From positions 138,523-202,522 of the forward strand of contig JAUSJO010000005.1 of NCBI GenBank assembly GCA_030647205.1: a stretch of DNA of 64,000 nucleotides, written 5' to 3'. Source of the DNA: a bacterium. GTDB lineage: Bacteria > Patescibacteriota > CPR2 > UBA1875 > JAJYID01. The notes below the pieces were generated by a model. That model did not search any database. It saw only the letters and a program-made list of their open reading frames with translations, and was not told the origin of the DNA. Positions within the stretch are counted from its first letter, which is position 1; each line of letters starts with the position of its first letter. Positions 60,658 through 64,000 of this stretch are shown here, piece by piece. Both the position numbers and the translations under genes were made by a program.

Positions 60658-61137
60658 ATGAAAAAAGAAAATATATTTGGAATTTTAAGGATAGTAATGG
60701 GGTGGATATTCTTGTGGCCGTTTTTGGATAAACTTTTCGGTCTGGGATATTCTACGAAATCCGGAAAAGCATGGCTTGATGGTGTTTCGCCAACGGCAGG
60801 CTTTCTAAAAAGCGCTCAAGGACCATTTGGAAATTTCTTCCATAGTTTGGCGGGAAATACGGCAGTTGACTGGCTTTTTATGCTCGGTCTGCTTCTAGTC
60901 GGTTCTGCACTAATTCTTGGAATCGGAGTAAGGATTGCGGCATATTCAGGATCAGTAATGGTGATCTTAATGTGGCTAGCTTCAATGCCGATAAAAACGA
61001 ACCCTATTATAGACGATCATATAGTTTATCTTCTAGTTTTCTTAATGCTTGCAAGTGTTGGTGCCGGCCAATATCTTGGTCTTGGCAACTGGTGGAAGAA
61101 ACAAAAGATAGTAAAAAAGAACTCAATCTTAGAATAA
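60658..61137 (+). CDS. DoxX/DoxD (TQO small subunit-like) membrane protein
   Basis: LRIVMGWIFLWPFLDKLFGLG, SPTAGFL and NPIIDDHIVY motifs. Confidence 0.88.
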   Translation: MKKENIFGILRIVMGWIFLWPFLDKLFGLGYSTKSGKAWLDGVSPTAGFLKSAQGPFGNFFHSLAGNTAVDWLFMLGLLLVGSALILGIGVRIAAYSGSVMVILMWLASMPIKTNPIIDDHIVYLLVFLMLASVGAGQYLGLGNWWKKQKIVKKNSILE

Positions 61138-61271
61138 AAAATTATTTGACCGGTAATCTTGGTTGTGTTAGATTGAGATTACAAACAATTTGACAAGGGG
61201 GAGGGGTGATCCTTCCTTTTTGTGTGTACTTTTTACAAATTTCCCAATTTTCTTAGAGAAAGGCGGACAAA

Positions 61272-61628
61272 ATGGAGAATCAAGCAGAAGCCGTAGATGT
61301 GGCTGGTAAGGTAGAGATATCCGAATTCTACTGTCCTAGCTGTGGCGCTGATCTGGCAAAATCAATAAGGTTTGCTTATATAGTTGAGGAGGCCGGATCT
61401 ATCATTATGGTTGATGGACAACCTAGGGTTGTGCCCAAAAAGTTCCCATTTCAAAACCAGACAGGAAATCACATTGTTCATCGAGTAAACTGTGCTCGCT
61501 GCGGCCACTCTGTTTCTGACTTAATAAGAAACAGAAAATTCTACATATCCAGTGTTGAAGAGCCGCCTCTCGATGATGAATCTGACCAGGAATCGTCGTT
61601 CGATTTTTTGACAAAAAATAAGCACTGA
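61272..61628 (+). CDS. Zn-ribbon hypothetical protein
   Basis: CPSC...CARC; hairpin at 61642-61670 follows. Confidence 0.65.
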   Translation: MENQAEAVDVAGKVEISEFYCPSCGADLAKSIRFAYIVEEAGSIIMVDGQPRVVPKKFPFQNQTGNHIVHRVNCARCGHSVSDLIRNRKFYISSVEEPPLDDESDQESSFDFLTKNKH

Positions 61629-61693
61629 TCTTTCCTAGTAATGCCCCGGGACTAACGTTGTCCCGGGGCACAACATTTTAGCTTAAAAATTTG

Positions 61694-61806
61694 TTGACTT
61701 TAGCTCACATTTAGCTTATAATCTTTTAAGTTATTTAAATATAACGGAATAATAACTAAAATCAACGGGGTACAGGTAAGTCCTTAAGGAAACTATTTGT
61801 ATGTCG
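61694..61806 (+). promoter_or_regulatory. Dedicated promoter and structured leader of the rplC operon
   Basis: TTGACT-17-TATAAT (61694-61722); GU-rich stem 61766-61778/61794-61806 with inner TCCT/AGGA. Confidence 0.6.
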
Positions 61807-61832
61807 GAAAAGTTTTTTTTGCGCCAAAAAAT

Positions 61833-62432
61833 ATGAAAGCAATATTAGCCAAAAAAATAGGTATGACCAACTATTTCAACGATAAGGGTGAGATGGTTCC
61901 TGTTACATTGGTTGAGGCCGGTCCATGCGTAATTACACAGATTAAAACCAAAGAAAAAGACGGTTATGAGGCAGTCCAGATTGGATTTGGCGAAAAAAAG
62001 AAGCTTGGTAAAGCTCTAGCGGGACATCTCGGTAAAGCAAAATCAAGGCACCTAAAAGAAGTAGAAATGGATGTAACGGACGTAAAAGTTGGTGGCACCA
62101 TAACATGTGAAGTTTTTGCAGAAGGCGAAAAGGTACATGTTACAGGTCTCAGCAAAGGTAAAGGTTTCGCCGGGACAATAAAAAGGCATAATTTCCATCG
62201 TGGTCCCATGACTCATGGTTCTCGCAACCACAGAGCGCCTGGTTCTATCGGAGCGATGTATCCTCAGCATGTTTTCAAAGGAAGAAAGCTTCCGGGACAG
62301 ATGGGTCATGCTCAAGTTACGGTAAAAAATCTGAAGATTGAAAAAGTTGATGCCGGTAAAAACATTTTAGCGGTTAAGGGTGCTATACCGGGACCTAGAA
62401 AATCATTAATTCTAATTAAAAGCGTAGGATAA
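61833..62432 (+). CDS. rplC: 50S ribosomal protein L3
   Basis: KIGMT, DGYEAVQIG, SKGKGF.G.IKRH and KGAIPG motifs. Confidence 0.98.
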   Translation: MKAILAKKIGMTNYFNDKGEMVPVTLVEAGPCVITQIKTKEKDGYEAVQIGFGEKKKLGKALAGHLGKAKSRHLKEVEMDVTDVKVGGTITCEVFAEGEKVHVTGLSKGKGFAGTIKRHNFHRGPMTHGSRNHRAPGSIGAMYPQHVFKGRKLPGQMGHAQVTVKNLKIEKVDAGKNILAVKGAIPGPRKSLILIKSVG

Positions 62433-62435
62433 AAG

Positions 62436-63053
62436 ATGAAAGTAGCAGTTTACGACAAAGCGGGTAAAAAAGCGGAGACTTCAGTTACGACGAAGCTTTT
62501 TGACGGAAAGGCAAACGAAGCATTGCTTGCTGAAGCTATTTATATTTTATCTTCAAATAAACGGCAAGCACCGGCAAGTACGCTTGATAGATCAGAAGTT
62601 TCGGGTGGGGGCAAAAAGCCATGGAGACAAAAAGGTACAGGACGAGCAAGAGCCGGATCTTCAAGATCACCAATCTGGAGAAGTGGTGGCGTGACATTTG
62701 GTCCAAGACAGGAGCAGAACTTCAAGCTTGATATGCCAAAGAAGAAGAGACAAGCAGCTCTTAAGGCTGCGCTTACAACCAAAAAGGAAGAAGATGTCAT
62801 TGTTTTAAAAGATTTAAAACTCGAAAAACCAAGTACAAAGTTGTTTGCAGGTCTTTTTAAAAAACTGGATTTAAACAGAAACGTGTTGGTTGTGACAGAA
62901 AAGCCGGATGTAAATGTTTATAAAAGCGTAAGAAACTTAAGCTGTGGTGTGAAAATATACAGCTACAAAGAAATGAATGCATATGATGTTCTTTGGGCAA
63001 AGAAGCTTGTATTTTTAGGTGACAGCTTGAAGCTGGCCGGAGGAGATAAATAA
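62436..63053 (+). CDS. rplD: 50S ribosomal protein L4
   Basis: GGGKKPWRQKGTGRARAGS motif. Confidence 0.98.
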   Translation: MKVAVYDKAGKKAETSVTTKLFDGKANEALLAEAIYILSSNKRQAPASTLDRSEVSGGGKKPWRQKGTGRARAGSSRSPIWRSGGVTFGPRQEQNFKLDMPKKKRQAALKAALTTKKEEDVIVLKDLKLEKPSTKLFAGLFKKLDLNRNVLVVTEKPDVNVYKSVRNLSCGVKIYSYKEMNAYDVLWAKKLVFLGDSLKLAGGDK

Positions 63054-63337
63054 TGGAAATGCTTAAGATCCTAAAAAGGCCGGTAATAAGCGAGAAAAGT
63101 TTTGCCCATGCAGAAAATGGGAAATATGTTTTTGTTGTTTCGACTGAGTCAAACAAGATCGAAATCAAAAAAGCGATAGAGAAACTTTTCAAGGTCACAG
63201 TTTTGGAAGTCAGAACGGTTGTAATGAAGGGAAAAGTCAAAAGAGTAGGGCGAAAATTCGGTAAGAGAAGCGACTTCAAAAAAGCCTATGTAACGCTTAA
63301 AGAAGGCGACAAAATAGAGGAGTTCAAAGGGATTTAA
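63053..63337 (+). CDS. rplW: 50S ribosomal protein L23
   Basis: PVISEKS, NKIEIKKAIE.LF and KKAYVTL motifs. Confidence 0.97.
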   Translation: MEMLKILKRPVISEKSFAHAENGKYVFVVSTESNKIEIKKAIEKLFKVTVLEVRTVVMKGKVKRVGRKFGKRSDFKKAYVTLKEGDKIEEFKGI

Positions 63338-64000
63338 ATGGCAGTAAAACTAGTAAAACCAACATCAAACGCACGTCGCAAGATGAGTATGGACGATTTT
63401 CTTGATATTACAAAGAAAAAGCCAGAGAAGTCTTTGACTGTTCCTTTGAAGAAAAAAGCGGGCCGAAACGCTCAAGGAAAGATCACGGTTCGTCACAGAG
63501 GCGGTGGAGCAAAAAGAATGTACCGTATTATCGACTTTCGAATGGCCGGTAATGTTGAAGGAACTATCACTGCTATTGAGTACGATCCAAACAGAAATGC
63601 ACGAATTGCGCTAGTTCAGAAAAAAGAAGGCGGTAAATTTTATATGATAGCTCCAAAGGGCGCGCGAGTTGGCAAAAAAATCATTGCCGGCGAAAAAGCA
63701 GACCCAAGAAGCGGAAACAGGATGATATTAAAAGATATTCCTGTTGGAACAGTAATTTACAATGTTGAGTTGACACCGGGCAAGGGCGGACAGATAGCTC
63801 GAGGTGCCGGAACAAAAGCGCAGCTTATGGCAAAAGAAGGAAAATATGTACAGGTTAAGCTTCCTTCCGGAGAACAAAGATTAGTCGATGAAAACTGTCT
63901 GGCATCAATCGGAGAAGTTTCAAATTCAGAGCATAAGAATATAAAAGTTGGTAAAGCCGGAAGAAAAAGACACATGGGTATAAGACCGACCGTTCGAGGT
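63338..64000 (+). CDS. rplB: 50S ribosomal protein L2 (truncated by window end)
   Basis: MAVKLVKPTS, GRNAQGKITVRHRGGG, IEYDPNRNARIAL and GKAGR..H.GIRPTVRG. Confidence 0.97.
   Translation, partial: MAVKLVKPTSNARRKMSMDDFLDITKKKPEKSLTVPLKKKAGRNAQGKITVRHRGGGAKRMYRIIDFRMAGNVEGTITAIEYDPNRNARIALVQKKEGGKFYMIAPKGARVGKKIIAGEKADPRSGNRMILKDIPVGTVIYNVELTPGKGGQIARGAGTKAQLMAKEGKYVQVKLPSGEQRLVDENCLASIGEVSNSEHKNIKVGKAGRKRHMGIRPTVRG

Noticed and set aside
61195-61221. Terminator-like hairpin as attenuator of ORF 61272
   Set aside because: More simply the terminator of the upstream DoxX gene; no alternative structure is evident
26404-61832. ORF-track upstream starts for tyrS (26404), 33302, GGCT (34914), 35461, DUF2207 (35898), cutA (46342) and rplC (61797)
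   Set aside because: The extensions run through promoters, terminators or the upstream gene; better-supported starts lie downstream
1102-63975. Numerous 60-150 aa antisense or alternate-frame ORFs inside long genes
   Set aside because: They are shadow ORFs of strongly supported genes, with no motifs or start signals

Overview
Core-genome segment of a small-genome bacterium, most consistent with Patescibacteria/CPR (inferred from gene content and protein style). Genetic code 11 applies, since TGA is a stop at coupled ATGA junctions. Nearly all genes are on the + strand: gatB, dnaE, rplS-rnhB-yraN, nusA-clpC, radA-yacL(PIN/TRAM)-murB, tyrS-recG, comEA, tig-clpP-NIF3, cutA, rpoBC, rpsL-rpsG-fusA-tuf-rpsJ and rplC-rplD-rplW-rplB (partial). 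A class A PBP is on the - strand. About a dozen self-contained orphan cassettes (promoter-SD-ORF-terminator) are interspersed. Most notable: (1) five copies of a composite intergenic element made of GTCAT-headed REP-like palindromes, a fixed 23-nt hairpin and a ~133-nt imperfect hairpin whose stems covary while loops stay conserved, with one palindrome unit inserted in frame in recG and another palindrome nested inside a unit; (2) an EF-G with both guanine-specificity motifs rewritten (NKxD->NKIN, GSA->GGDGRG); (3) a degenerate tRNA-Leu body with a UAU anticodon; (4) an HTH-Doc-HEPN-like operon; (5) three tandem micro-paralogues; (6) a shared N-terminal G-x-[TI]-F-Y motif on adjacent membrane proteins of two families; (7) an orphan sRNA candidate; (8) many apparently leaderless genes. 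All calls were made by eye, with no database searches.
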